Positions 37,181 to 47,267 of a stretch of 64,000 bases of DNA are shown piece after piece. The translations under genes and the position numbers were made by a program. Below the pieces are notes generated by a model. It saw nothing but the letters and a program-made list of their open reading frames with translations. It searched no databases and was not told the origin of the DNA. The number at the start of each line of letters is the position of its first letter. The first letter of the stretch is position 1. This DNA comes from a virus. Location: the IMG/VR virus record IMGVR_UViG_3300034520_000378; one strand, given 5' to 3'.

Positions 37181-38707
37181 TTAGACGTTAAACACCATGG
37201 TGGCCGACATATCCTCTACAGCGTATTTTGCTTTGAAGGTCACATCAATCAGGCAGCCAAACGAAAAGGCGTCATACTGATACTCCGTCATGTCAAGCGA
37301 GTACGACTTTATCACACCTTCTCGCTGTATTGCCTTCATGGTTTCGTCAGCCGCCCGCTTCACCATCTCTCTAATAGGTATAATACCGCCAGTGGTGCCT
37401 ACAAAACTGTCCAGTACATTGCGGAGTCTGGAAATTATATAGTGTCCAGTCCGAACATTGGCTATATAGCGCAGCGGTCTTTCGTACGGCGCTGCAGTCA
37501 CGCCGTTGTACACGGAAAGCCCATTCTTCACCGAGTTGTAGAACACCACCAGCCCGGCTGCGGAAGCCCACCGCAGCGCCTCATCATCAAGCTCCACCCT
37601 CTGTTCGGTTATACTCACAAGCGGCTTGTTTGTGGTGGTCTCAGTACCATAAGCAGCAAGCAGTGCGGCATACGCTGGAGCACCGGATATATACATCCCA
37701 TCAAATGCAAGGTCGCCAAACACTATCGAGATGTAGTGCCCAAAATCCGTACCGTCCCGTACAAACCCGAGACGATTGTTAAGGCACGAGAACTTGATAA
37801 AGGATGCTATGTGCTCCGCGTTAAGCACCGGTACACTGTCGGGTATCGGCCGCACGCCAAGAACGCCAACAGTTGACACACCTACCGCCGCCTGCCTCCT
37901 GCAGAAGTCTATCAGCTGGCCGTGGAACGTGGGCGGCTCGCCATTGCTAAGAGGATATGTATCGAGAAAATCGGGATCGTCAGAGTACCACATGGTATAG
38001 CTCTGATCCGTGTCCCCCTCTTCAAGAAAGAGGGTGTACGACACGTCATTAAAGCGTGCATCAAGCAAAACCACTATGTCTGTCCTTCTGCCCTCAAGCA
38101 CGCTATAAGCATCCTCGAGCATTTGATAGAGCTCGTCCTTTGACGGAGCAAGCTCGTCGTTGCCGCCGTCGAGGTATACCACACTAGTGCCAAGCTCCGC
38201 TTTTAAGGCCTCCAGTGCAGCGATAAGCGCATCAGACGCAAAGTCCGGGTCAGTTGCACTGACCGATACCGGCACGCTGTCATTGTTTATCGCCTCGACA
38301 AGCATGCCAAGTGCCGGGTAGTTACTCAATGCGTAGCTGCCCACAAGCTGGTCACCCTGGTCATCGGACAGAAAGAACAAGAGCTGGCCTGCGTCTGCGG
38401 CAACCGCTATCCGGTTGCCCACCTCTCCGGCTTCCCTGCTCTTTATCTCGAAAAAGCACTGCCTGCCGTCAGTATCGGTCAGGACTAAAAGGCGCCGGGC
38501 ATGCTTGCCGTTTATACGCATCAAACAGTAGGTAGCATTGGGATTGACAGCATAAGCCATGCGGTATGCGTTATAAAGCGTGCCGCCGTATCCAAACACC
38601 GCCGCGGCATGTGCGGGGCTGGTAACCTCAATCGGCTCGAGAACGGGCCCGCCAGCTGCTGTGCCAAGCATCACGATTACTGACCCTATCGGTGCACTGT
38701 CAACCAT
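37181..38707 (-). CDS. second tail sheath-like protein
   Basis: Paralog of 34690..36531 (GTA.GGPV..P, MRINGK.A, GG.DEL..SK..L...L..AY..LE, T.NKP). Confidence 0.8.
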   Translation of the reverse strand: MVDSAPIGSVIVMLGTAAGGPVLEPIEVTSPAHAAAVFGYGGTLYNAYRMAYAVNPNATYCLMRINGKHARRLLVLTDTDGRQCFFEIKSREAGEVGNRIAVAADAGQLLFFLSDDQGDQLVGSYALSNYPALGMLVEAINNDSVPVSVSATDPDFASDALIAALEALKAELGTSVVYLDGGNDELAPSKDELYQMLEDAYSVLEGRRTDIVVLLDARFNDVSYTLFLEEGDTDQSYTMWYSDDPDFLDTYPLSNGEPPTFHGQLIDFCRRQAAVGVSTVGVLGVRPIPDSVPVLNAEHIASFIKFSCLNNRLGFVRDGTDFGHYISIVFGDLAFDGMYISGAPAYAALLAAYGTETTTNKPLVSITEQRVELDDEALRWASAAGLVVFYNSVKNGLSVYNGVTAAPYERPLRYIANVRTGHYIISRLRNVLDSFVGTTGGIIPIREMVKRAADETMKAIQREGVIKSYSLDMTEYQYDAFSFGCLIDVTFKAKYAVEDMSATMVFNV

Positions 38708-39233
38708 TGCGCAAAGCCTCCTTTATGCGCGGCAGCATCCCGTTGAACCGCGGCACATCAAAAGCCCTGAACATCCCAAGCGCATATATGTACTCAACAC
38801 GCCCGCGAAAGCCAAGGATCTTGTCGCTCCGCACTACGTGGTATACACGCTCTACCCGCACCGGCACGCCTTTAGCCCAGCGCACGGCAAGTATGTAGTC
38901 GCCATCAGAGATGCTGACATCGTGCGGCAGGTAAAACCCTTCTGTGTCATGAAGCTGCGGCGTGGGGCTTTCCTTGCGCGGCGGCAGTGCAGCGCCCATA
39001 TATGTCGGTACTGCTTCGCTGGATACCGGCATCTGTACGCGCCTGGCTCTAGCCTTGAATGCGCGAACCATATAGCCCGTTCCGAGGCACACATCGCAGT
39101 CCGAGCGCGGTTCGCGCGTTGCAGAGTCCCAGCACGCAGGACACTTAAAGCGCCGGTCTGCATGCAGGATAACCACGTCACTGCCGAAATCCCTCAGAAT
39201 GTCACCAAACTCTTTCCTTAAATCAAGCAGCAC
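38700..39233 (-). CDS. head completion/neck protein with CxxC...CxxC
   Basis: CPACWD...CDVCLGTGY; neck position. Confidence 0.6.
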   Translation of the reverse strand: MLLDLRKEFGDILRDFGSDVVILHADRRFKCPACWDSATREPRSDCDVCLGTGYMVRAFKARARRVQMPVSSEAVPTYMGAALPPRKESPTPQLHDTEGFYLPHDVSISDGDYILAVRWAKGVPVRVERVYHVVRSDKILGFRGRVEYIYALGMFRAFDVPRFNGMLPRIKEALRNG

Positions 39234-39239
39234 TGCTTA

Positions 39240-39770
39240 TTACACTCCTCTCGGCGCAAGCGGATATGGATATGCCTCGCCGCCACGCACCGCCGAAGCA
39301 ATGGGATACCGCCCTCTGAGCCGCGCTTCCCAATACGCCACCTCGCGCTCAAGGTTTCTAACGGCAACCTGCAGCTCGTTTGCCGTAACAGCCGGCCGGC
39401 GGTCTACCGCCAAATTGTCCAGCCTTTGCGATACAGACTCGCGCCCCTTATACGTGATACTGCGCAGGCGCGATATCACCACGTCCAGTGCCGCACGGTA
39501 GCGCGTATACTCGCGCATCGCCACCGTCGGCCTGTCCGGAATCTCCTGGTTTGTACGCTCAAGTATGTCATTGCACATGAGGCTTGCACGGTACAGCACG
39601 CGCAGGGCGTCAAACTCGTTCAGCTCGTCCGGCGTAAGCCCGGTGTCAAGGAGCAGCTGTTCGTATGACGAATAAAGCGGCTGACACTTCGTGGCAAACT
39701 TGAACTGATACATACCGCCAGTGGTATTAATGCTAAGGTCGTATATCTGGTTTTCCATCAGCAGCGCCAT
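39240..39770 (-). CDS. head-tail connector-like protein
   Basis: 'PLYSS', 'YTRYRAA.D', 'S.RL..L.V' adaptor-like pattern; GAGGT SD before 39770. Confidence 0.55.
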   Translation of the reverse strand: MALLMENQIYDLSINTTGGMYQFKFATKCQPLYSSYEQLLLDTGLTPDELNEFDALRVLYRASLMCNDILERTNQEIPDRPTVAMREYTRYRAALDVVISRLRSITYKGRESVSQRLDNLAVDRRPAVTANELQVAVRNLEREVAYWEARLRGRYPIASAVRGGEAYPYPLAPRGV

Positions 39771-39775
39771 GTCCG

Positions 39776-40033
39776 TTACCTCGCAACACACATAATCTCC
39801 GCTCGCTCGGGAAGCGGTTCCGACAGCCTTATCGTCTTGGTACCGACAAAGGTATAGTCAATGCCGGGATATGCCAGAAGGCCGTTAATGTATACCAGCA
39901 CATGCGTCCTGCCGGGAATATACTCAATATCCGAAAGTGCTATCTCCTGCTGTCCCGCCTCACAGATGACATACTCCGTCCGTTCAAAAGCCTTGCCTTT
40001 CCTGAAGAGCGCTACCACCCAAAACCACCTCAC
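39776..40033 (-). CDS. stand-alone VYING beta-sandwich module protein (85 aa)
   Basis: 'Y.PG...VLVYING.L...G.DY......I.L.EPL' matches the module in 128..2188 and 58046..59446. Confidence 0.65.
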   Translation of the reverse strand: MRWFWVVALFRKGKAFERTEYVICEAGQQEIALSDIEYIPGRTHVLVYINGLLAYPGIDYTFVGTKTIRLSEPLPERAEIMCVAR

Positions 40034-41109
40034 GACGTTGAAATCACAAGCGAAAACCTGTGATCCGTGGACGGGAAAAACAGCATGTCCTGCGGCCGCT
40101 GCACCTTTACCCAGAACGCCGCATAACCCCCGGCTTCAACCTGTGGTATGTACACGCTCTTGTCGTAATACCCCGGAACACCGCCAACATCAGGCGCAAG
40201 CAGCACCCATTTGTCACCATGTGCCGTGTTAAAGTTGGTAGCATACACGGACACGTTTGCTACAGCCTCCGTCCCGGGATTGTATATCTCCAGCCGCTTT
40301 TCAACCGTCCCATTCATCAAGCCGCCAAGAAACACTTCATCACCCGGCAAAACCTCTACACCGTCGTTTATGAGCTTAAGGTCCAGTGTGTTGTACCAAA
40401 ATATGTCCCCACCAAATATCTCAGTGAGCCCAGTGCTGGCAACCAATACACCGCCGCTGTCGTAAACGCTTATCTGGCCCTTCACAGCAAGACCGATAAG
40501 CCCGATGTTTATCTCGACAGCACCGTTGACAGGAACACTGGATGCAACCGTGGTGCCATACTCATTAGTAACTGCGACTGTATAGCCGCTCGGCACATTG
40601 CCAACAAATATGGAAGACGCCCTGACCACAACCACCTCTTCCACGGTCACGGGAGATACGCCATCGGCATATACGCCCGGCAGCGGGTCCTTCGATATAA
40701 ACGCAGTGCCCACTACCTCCCATTCATTCCTGCTTGATGAATAGGCATATGCCTCGCACCTTTCATCCTTCACACAAAACCTAAGCCTGTCATACACCCT
40801 GTCCGTCCCAGATACAAGGGAGAGATAAATTGCCTCATCATCGCTGGACCACAGCACAAGGCCGGCGCTGTCATCCAGGGAAGACGGCAAGTACCGGAGC
40901 TTGACTTCAACGGCATACTGATAGTTCAGTCCTCTGCAGGAAAGCAAGGCCAGGACAGAACCATCCGGGCTCAATGATGGATCCATCCGGAGCCCTTCCG
41001 GTGTCATAGCGTAGTAATCGCCGCTCGGCGACAAAATCCATTCCGCCCCCACTGACTCGAACCTTGTCCTGTATATAAAGCCGCTGCTTACCAAGTCTAT
41101 CCTGGCCAT
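40030..41109 (-). CDS. virion structural protein with lectin/ConA-like N-terminal beta sandwich
   Basis: GGAGG SD; 'VEVK..Y.P....D.AGLVLW' pattern; beta-rich. Confidence 0.55.
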   Translation of the reverse strand: MARIDLVSSGFIYRTRFESVGAEWILSPSGDYYAMTPEGLRMDPSLSPDGSVLALLSCRGLNYQYAVEVKLRYLPSSLDDSAGLVLWSSDDEAIYLSLVSGTDRVYDRLRFCVKDERCEAYAYSSSRNEWEVVGTAFISKDPLPGVYADGVSPVTVEEVVVVRASSIFVGNVPSGYTVAVTNEYGTTVASSVPVNGAVEINIGLIGLAVKGQISVYDSGGVLVASTGLTEIFGGDIFWYNTLDLKLINDGVEVLPGDEVFLGGLMNGTVEKRLEIYNPGTEAVANVSVYATNFNTAHGDKWVLLAPDVGGVPGYYDKSVYIPQVEAGGYAAFWVKVQRPQDMLFFPSTDHRFSLVISTS

Positions 41110-41132
41110 CGCTCAACCTCCAAGCTTACAGC

Positions 41133-41348
41133 TTATCCGAGCGTGAGTACCATCCTCTTGTCTATCTTCTTGCAGACCATTATGGAATCGGAGCTCACCT
41201 TCTTAATGAGCTCTTCACAGACGCGCTTTGCGTCGTGTATAGAGCGGTATATGCCGTAGACTACCCATACGTCATACGTTGTGCTTGATACGTTGTACCC
41301 GAGCGTAGCACTCGGTTTCACAAACACTACATACTGGACGTTAGTCAT
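41133..41348 (-). CDS. small hypothetical protein
   Basis: GGAGG SD, tight packing. Confidence 0.65.
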   Translation of the reverse strand: MTNVQYVVFVKPSATLGYNVSSTTYDVWVVYGIYRSIHDAKRVCEELIKKVSSDSIMVCKKIDKRMVLTLG

Positions 41349-41354
41349 GGATTT

Positions 41355-43916
41355 TTACCTCCCAAGTCTCGGTCTTTTACCTAAGTTGAACAACCTGGTG
41401 CCTTTTACCTTCCCCTCATGGTGCAGGTCATAGTACCTCTTAAGCATGCCGATGAGCATATCGACAGCCTCGTAGCCGTTCACGTTCTTGGGCGATTCAA
41501 TGACCTGCGCCGAGCGGAACTTAACATAGTCTACCTTCATCCCGCTCAACTCCATCCGGTCTTCTTCCGATTCTGTATGAAATTCGAACAGAATGGTGTG
41601 GTTACCTTTGGGAAGGTCGGCTTCGGCTCGGGCCAGCGACGCGAGCAGATAGCTCTTGTCCTGACCGTCTACCGTCAGCTTTGCAGCTGCAGTGCCCGAT
41701 GCGTTAGTTATCGCCACCGTGAACTCAAATGTCGTCGGCAGTAGGTTGGCTATGTTTATCTCGAGCACCGCATCCTTGGCCTGTGTAGCGTACACCAGCT
41801 TATCCCTGTCAACCGCCCACCCGTCAGCACGAACTATATACGACCTATCGTCTTTCGGGATGCCATCCTCAAGGTTGAGCGACTGTTCGTGCGAGATCCA
41901 CGGTTCGTACTCCCGAACAAGGAAGTAGTTATTGGTCGACACTATCACATACTCGCTGTACCAGCGTACCATCCTGAATGCTCTCTGGTACTCTTCCCTT
42001 TTGTAATCAAACTGCCTCAATTTGTTATATAACCTGTCTATGGCAACACGGACTGCCTCACCAGGCGGCAGCTTTTCGTAGCTAAATGTATTCTCCTTGA
42101 GGTCCCTGTAAAGAAGCAGCATGACGTCCCTTAAGACCCATAGATGGACATTGACTATCTTAAGCCCCACGTCAGCATATTTACCAACAGGGTGTGAGGC
42201 GGGGAACTCTACCATAACTTCCGGTACGTCAGCGGGACTAAGCGGTTTGTACGGCTCCCCGGTCTTGGGGTCGTAAAGAAGCGCAGTGTCATACTTAAAG
42301 TCAACGGGCGGCAGCTGCAGCCTGTCCACCCGCTCGCTGTAGTCTCGAAACAACTCCTCCCACAGTGCATCCCATGAAAGGCCGCGCGGAACACATAAAA
42401 GCTCTGCACTCGACACCTCGCGCTCTAAACCCATGCCCTCACTTACAGCAGCATCATCGGGAGCGAGCTCGACCGGCTGTGCAGCACCCGCAGTACCCAC
42501 TTCTTTGTCCTGCTTAAGAACCGCTGTGCCATCAAGGACTTCACCTGCTAGTGCTCTTGTCTGCGCATCAACTGCTCCGTCGAGTTCAGCACCGCTGTGC
42601 GTCACAGTCTCAACAGGAGCGCTGTCAAGCATACTCCCGGGCAGCGCAATCGTCCGCGCATCAACCATTCCGTCAAGCTTGGCGCCATAATTGGCTGCAG
42701 TGTTGGTTTGAAAGCCGTCCAGGATTGTTCCGTTCAGCAGCATGCCCTGCGCACCAACTGCTTTGCCAAGTTCAGTGCCACTGTGTGTCGCAGCACCTGC
42801 AGAAACAATATCAAGACTGCTGCCTGCCCCTCTGAACAGCCTGGAAAGCGCAGTCGTGGACTGAAAAACGTCCACCACCTTGTGTAGCCTGGAAAATGGG
42901 ATGGATAAATGCATGCCATCCTGAGCAGAAACCTCGGTCAGTTTTCTTGCAGCAGGCGCACTATCAGTTAGCCTAACGCCACTGCGAGATACAGCACGCT
43001 CCAGTCCCTGCGCATATTTCTGTATGAGAGCGTTAGAAACACTCTTGCTGCCGGTCAGTACAGAAAACTTACCGCCCCTGGTCCGGTCTCTTTCACCATA
43101 ACCAGGAGTCAGCTTTGCTGTGCCGCGCACTGCGCCTCTGTCAGCCGAACTATGCTGGACTGCGAACGCGCCGCCAGCACCGCCTTCCATCGCTCCGGCA
43201 ACGCACTGGCGGAAAGCCGTCCTGCTGCCCAAATACCTGTATCCAGTAAGCTGACTAATCTCGGCTTCTCTCGCATAGTAGTACTGCGTGCTGACAGGTG
43301 TATGAATTTGGGTAATACCGCGCAGGTCTGTCACGGCGCCCTGCGGCATACAGCTGTGAGCCGCAGTGAACACATCTCTACTAGCCGACTGATGTGCATG
43401 GACATCGGCTTCTCTTGTGCTTGTCCTCTCCGTTTCTCCCTGGACTATAACCTCTGTGCCATTACGATTTTCGGTATGCGCTAGCTTATCACGGAACAGC
43501 TCAGCCTGCTCACCAATGGCCACGGTCCCGTGCGGCAGCTCATGCTTGTCTGCTGCTCTGGTTTCACCCCGCACCACAGCAGCCGCATCCAGCTCTCTCA
43601 CCTCTGTATGAACAGCCGGTTCCATCAGTACCTCGGATAAGGCACTAATACTTCCGGCGCTTTGTGGAGGCGCAGCCGTGTCCTCTCTATCATCCAAAAC
43701 ACGGGCCGGCTTTCCATTGGCATGCATGCTGAACGCTCGAAGCAAAACCGAGTCGGCGTCCTTTATAACAGCCGGAACCGGCGCGGGATGTTTACCGGAA
43801 TCAAATATGCTGTAGGGCAGATACCTTACAGGATACGCTCCAGATGTGTAAATAGGAGACACGGCGGTATAGGCCGCCATGTCTCCCTCAGTGCTGAAAC
43901 GCACGGTACAGTACAT
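41355..43916 (-). CDS. large virion structural protein (853 aa) with a degenerate repetitive N-terminal half
   Basis: Long ORF in the structural cluster; roughly 31-aa degenerate repeats (THSG.EL..AV.AQ...L.G..LDG). Confidence 0.6.
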   Translation of the reverse strand: MYCTVRFSTEGDMAAYTAVSPIYTSGAYPVRYLPYSIFDSGKHPAPVPAVIKDADSVLLRAFSMHANGKPARVLDDREDTAAPPQSAGSISALSEVLMEPAVHTEVRELDAAAVVRGETRAADKHELPHGTVAIGEQAELFRDKLAHTENRNGTEVIVQGETERTSTREADVHAHQSASRDVFTAAHSCMPQGAVTDLRGITQIHTPVSTQYYYAREAEISQLTGYRYLGSRTAFRQCVAGAMEGGAGGAFAVQHSSADRGAVRGTAKLTPGYGERDRTRGGKFSVLTGSKSVSNALIQKYAQGLERAVSRSGVRLTDSAPAARKLTEVSAQDGMHLSIPFSRLHKVVDVFQSTTALSRLFRGAGSSLDIVSAGAATHSGTELGKAVGAQGMLLNGTILDGFQTNTAANYGAKLDGMVDARTIALPGSMLDSAPVETVTHSGAELDGAVDAQTRALAGEVLDGTAVLKQDKEVGTAGAAQPVELAPDDAAVSEGMGLEREVSSAELLCVPRGLSWDALWEELFRDYSERVDRLQLPPVDFKYDTALLYDPKTGEPYKPLSPADVPEVMVEFPASHPVGKYADVGLKIVNVHLWVLRDVMLLLYRDLKENTFSYEKLPPGEAVRVAIDRLYNKLRQFDYKREEYQRAFRMVRWYSEYVIVSTNNYFLVREYEPWISHEQSLNLEDGIPKDDRSYIVRADGWAVDRDKLVYATQAKDAVLEINIANLLPTTFEFTVAITNASGTAAAKLTVDGQDKSYLLASLARAEADLPKGNHTILFEFHTESEEDRMELSGMKVDYVKFRSAQVIESPKNVNGYEAVDMLIGMLKRYYDLHHEGKVKGTRLFNLGKRPRLGR

Positions 43917-43922
43917 ATCGCA

Positions 43923-46900
43923 TCACTGCTTCTTTATAGCAATGCCGTAGAAGCTGTTAGCGCTTGAGGATATGAAGCTGTACGGCGCGTTAATCGCGAA
44001 GAACTTATAAACCTCCTCATCAGGCTGACCTTTGTTTACAACCAGTTCGTCAATTGGCGCAAGGCTGGCGCCGTCAACCGCAACGACACCGTCCAATGTG
44101 CCGCGGTAACCATCGAACGGATGCACAACGCTTATGCAGCTGACGTACACCTTGCCTGTGAAGCTGGATGGATTGAAGCCAATCTTGGTCATAAACTCCT
44201 CGGGCGTATGGAAGGCTGCCCTGTGCTGCTGGTAATAAGCCCCGCCGCGGGTGCGGTACATGCTGATATCGGTCACGCCGGTGGCAGTAGCTGGACCAAA
44301 GCTGCTCGGATAGTTTATCTTTGTCACTACTCCGGTCTGTGGATCTCTTACTATCTGGTTGATAACATATCCGGTTGGCGACGGCGATTCGTTCTTGAGA
44401 TTAGTAATGCTGCCGTCATCGATAAATTCCGTGACAGCCACATCTTGCACATAAGCAAGGAGCTTGTACTTGGTGGTATCTTTTGCTGCAGAAGACAAAG
44501 CGCGTTTATCCCATCCTAAAAAGGCGCCCCAGTAATTTGTCTTTCTAGTTGCACTAACCTCGGTATAGCGGTATATCTTCCAGCCAACAATGTCGTCCCG
44601 CTGCGGCAGTGTAACGGAAATCTTAACGCTGTAGTTAGTTCTTTTCTCTGGCGTGACAGTTGATTCAAACGTGTCTACATACACCATTTCGCTCGGGGGC
44701 GATTCGCCACTGTCAGTTACGAAGGTGATCATGTAGCAGTAATAAGTTGGATTACTGGAAGAGAAATTACCACTGCCAGGCATAAGCTGTGCGGAGACGA
44801 TTGTTTTTTCTGTCGGGGGATTTATCCTGTTTGCCGGCACAGTCGCAGAGGTTGTGGTAAGAGCAAAATTACCAAACGTATCATTGATCCCGCCTTCATA
44901 CGGCTTAATCCTTCCAATATAGGCAAAGCCAATAATGTAGTTCATGTAATCTACTCCCGGCTCACCCATGAGAACCATTACCAGCCTGTCATTGGTCACA
45001 CTCATCCAGTAACGTATAGCCACTTCCGTCATAGAAGACGGCAAGTTGACAGGCTTTAAATAACCACCCCTGCTGATCTGAATCGTGTTTCCACTAGTGC
45101 CACCGGAAATGTCATAAACAACAGGCACTTCTTCCCAGTCGCGCAGCCAGGACAGTTTGCTCCACGGCGACACGTGGGCGCCTTCGCTTACCAACATACC
45201 AGACGAATCATACACATTAGCAGCCGGTTTTTCAGCTACCGCATCCCATTTGTCAAACATCCTTACCTCGATGTAATGGTGGTTGGCGCCTGTTGGTTGG
45301 AACACGCCGTTCGCATCTCTGTAATATGTGGTACAGGTCTCCGGATTGATAATCTTGCTGGAGCGGTAGAACTCAACATACATCGTGAGCGATGTCATGT
45401 TGAGCCTTTCGTCGCTGTAGAGGTTCTGCAGCTTCTGCTCGTCTGTCAGCTCTACTGGCGTTGTGGTCGTTTTGAGCACAAGCCTGTCTTTTATCGCAGC
45501 AATAGCCTCTTCAATACCGTTTGTGTAGTAGCTGTAGTCTATTGTCGCCTGGTCCAAAACGTCCACCGGCTGGTTAAACACAACTGTACCGTCCTCATAG
45601 ATTACCTTATACTCACTTGTATCGACGGCTTGACCGTTGATGTAAACAGTCAGCGTATGCTCCGCGGATATTGGCTTGTTTGCAGTCTTGAACAGCTGGT
45701 TGTTAACCGGCACCAGCTCTTCATTCAGGATATCCTCAACAGATGCATAGTACGTGTAGTCTGCGGTTATATAATCCATCCGCGGGCAGAAGACAAACGA
45801 TGCTGTAATCACGGCAGACGTATCCTGGATGGTATTGAATACTATATTACCGTTTGTGGTATCAAGCGTGTATTCGCCCTGCGACACCGTCTGCCCGTTC
45901 CTCTTAACAACAAGGTTCTGCGACAGAACGTTTTTAACACCGGTCGAATAGACGATGTAGTTGGTGGTGGTCAGCCGGACATCCTGCAATGACACAACCG
46001 CTTCATAGTAGTAGTAATCAACGGTTATGGCATATGGCGTGCCGTAGTAGGAGTAGTCAACGGTTATGACAGCAGATGGGTCCTGAGCAGTGTTAAACAC
46101 TATGCGGTTGTTGTTTGTGTCAACGGTGTATTCCGATGCATCTACAGGCTGTGAATTGCGGTACACCACTACAGTGCCGGGTACTATCGGACTCCCAGCA
46201 ACGGTGTATATCTTGTTGTCCTGTGTCGAAGTAACCTCCTGTGTAACGCTTATAACCCTGCGCTGAATGTTGTTAAATGTGATCGTGCCGTTTATCCTGT
46301 CAACTGTGTACTCGGTTGGCGCCACAACATTACCATCCCTGTACACAACAATCGCATCTTCGAACGTGATAGGCTTGTGGGATACCGAATACACTCTGTA
46401 GTCAGTGGTACCGGGCGCTTCGCCCAATACGAAGGATACATTGCTCTGCACGGTGTCAAACGTAATTGTGCCGTTTGCAAGGCCTACGGCATACTCTGAT
46501 GGTGAAACATAAGTGCCGTTCCTGTACACTTTCAAAAGGTCAGCCGAGACAAGGGCGCCGTTCTGTGTACTGAAGTTGACACCGTCCGTCGACTTCAAAA
46601 CCTCGCCCGTTACCGCTGTGGCATTTGAGTAGCATGTATAGTCCGCAGTTATCACGTAGGGCTCGGACAGGTACTCGTAGCTTGCGGTTATGGCCGCATT
46701 CTCGTCCTGATAGAGACGGAACGTTACCTTGCCGTTCTTGGTCTCAAGCACGTACTCCACCGGGTCAACTTCCGCACCGTTCCTGAACACTTTAAGCGTG
46801 CTCGCCACGATCTCCGTATGACCGAGGTCGTACGTCCTATAATCGGTCGTCTGAAGGGAGACGTTCTCTACCGCCGCCCTCATCCTCTGCGGCTCTTTAA

Positions 46901-47213
46901 AGAGTATCGTGCCGTTTTGGTAGTCAACAGTGTATTCCGTCGAGCTGACAAGGCTGCCGTTGCGGAATACACGCACCACTCTGTTAGGCACGATGGGCTT
47001 TCTTGAAGTGTTGTAAAGCAGGTAGTTCTTGGATTCGAGCACTTCCTGCAGCACACGCCTTATTGACCTGTACTTCTGCGGAGATGGATATATCAGTTCC
47101 CAGTTCTTGCCCGGTATAAGCTCGCCTGCCGCATCTTTGAAGACCGTACAGGCGTTTCTTGCAATAGTCTTCAGTATCTCGTTGGACGATGTAAAACCCT
47201 CAATCCATGCCAT
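43923..47213 (-). CDS. fibre-like virion protein (1096 aa) with seven beta-sandwich repeats
   Basis: Seven 'V(Y/F)RNG..V...EY.VD..NG.I.F' cores and seven 'IT.DY'-type closing strands. Confidence 0.75.
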   Translation of the reverse strand: MAWIEGFTSSNEILKTIARNACTVFKDAAGELIPGKNWELIYPSPQKYRSIRRVLQEVLESKNYLLYNTSRKPIVPNRVVRVFRNGSLVSSTEYTVDYQNGTILFKEPQRMRAAVENVSLQTTDYRTYDLGHTEIVASTLKVFRNGAEVDPVEYVLETKNGKVTFRLYQDENAAITASYEYLSEPYVITADYTCYSNATAVTGEVLKSTDGVNFSTQNGALVSADLLKVYRNGTYVSPSEYAVGLANGTITFDTVQSNVSFVLGEAPGTTDYRVYSVSHKPITFEDAIVVYRDGNVVAPTEYTVDRINGTITFNNIQRRVISVTQEVTSTQDNKIYTVAGSPIVPGTVVVYRNSQPVDASEYTVDTNNNRIVFNTAQDPSAVITVDYSYYGTPYAITVDYYYYEAVVSLQDVRLTTTNYIVYSTGVKNVLSQNLVVKRNGQTVSQGEYTLDTTNGNIVFNTIQDTSAVITASFVFCPRMDYITADYTYYASVEDILNEELVPVNNQLFKTANKPISAEHTLTVYINGQAVDTSEYKVIYEDGTVVFNQPVDVLDQATIDYSYYTNGIEEAIAAIKDRLVLKTTTTPVELTDEQKLQNLYSDERLNMTSLTMYVEFYRSSKIINPETCTTYYRDANGVFQPTGANHHYIEVRMFDKWDAVAEKPAANVYDSSGMLVSEGAHVSPWSKLSWLRDWEEVPVVYDISGGTSGNTIQISRGGYLKPVNLPSSMTEVAIRYWMSVTNDRLVMVLMGEPGVDYMNYIIGFAYIGRIKPYEGGINDTFGNFALTTTSATVPANRINPPTEKTIVSAQLMPGSGNFSSSNPTYYCYMITFVTDSGESPPSEMVYVDTFESTVTPEKRTNYSVKISVTLPQRDDIVGWKIYRYTEVSATRKTNYWGAFLGWDKRALSSAAKDTTKYKLLAYVQDVAVTEFIDDGSITNLKNESPSPTGYVINQIVRDPQTGVVTKINYPSSFGPATATGVTDISMYRTRGGAYYQQHRAAFHTPEEFMTKIGFNPSSFTGKVYVSCISVVHPFDGYRGTLDGVVAVDGASLAPIDELVVNKGQPDEEVYKFFAINAPYSFISSSANSFYGIAIKKQ

Positions 47214-47267
47214 ATCAAAACTGCGGCCTGGGGACCCGCCGCCTTTAGGGGGCGGGAGGAAAGACCG

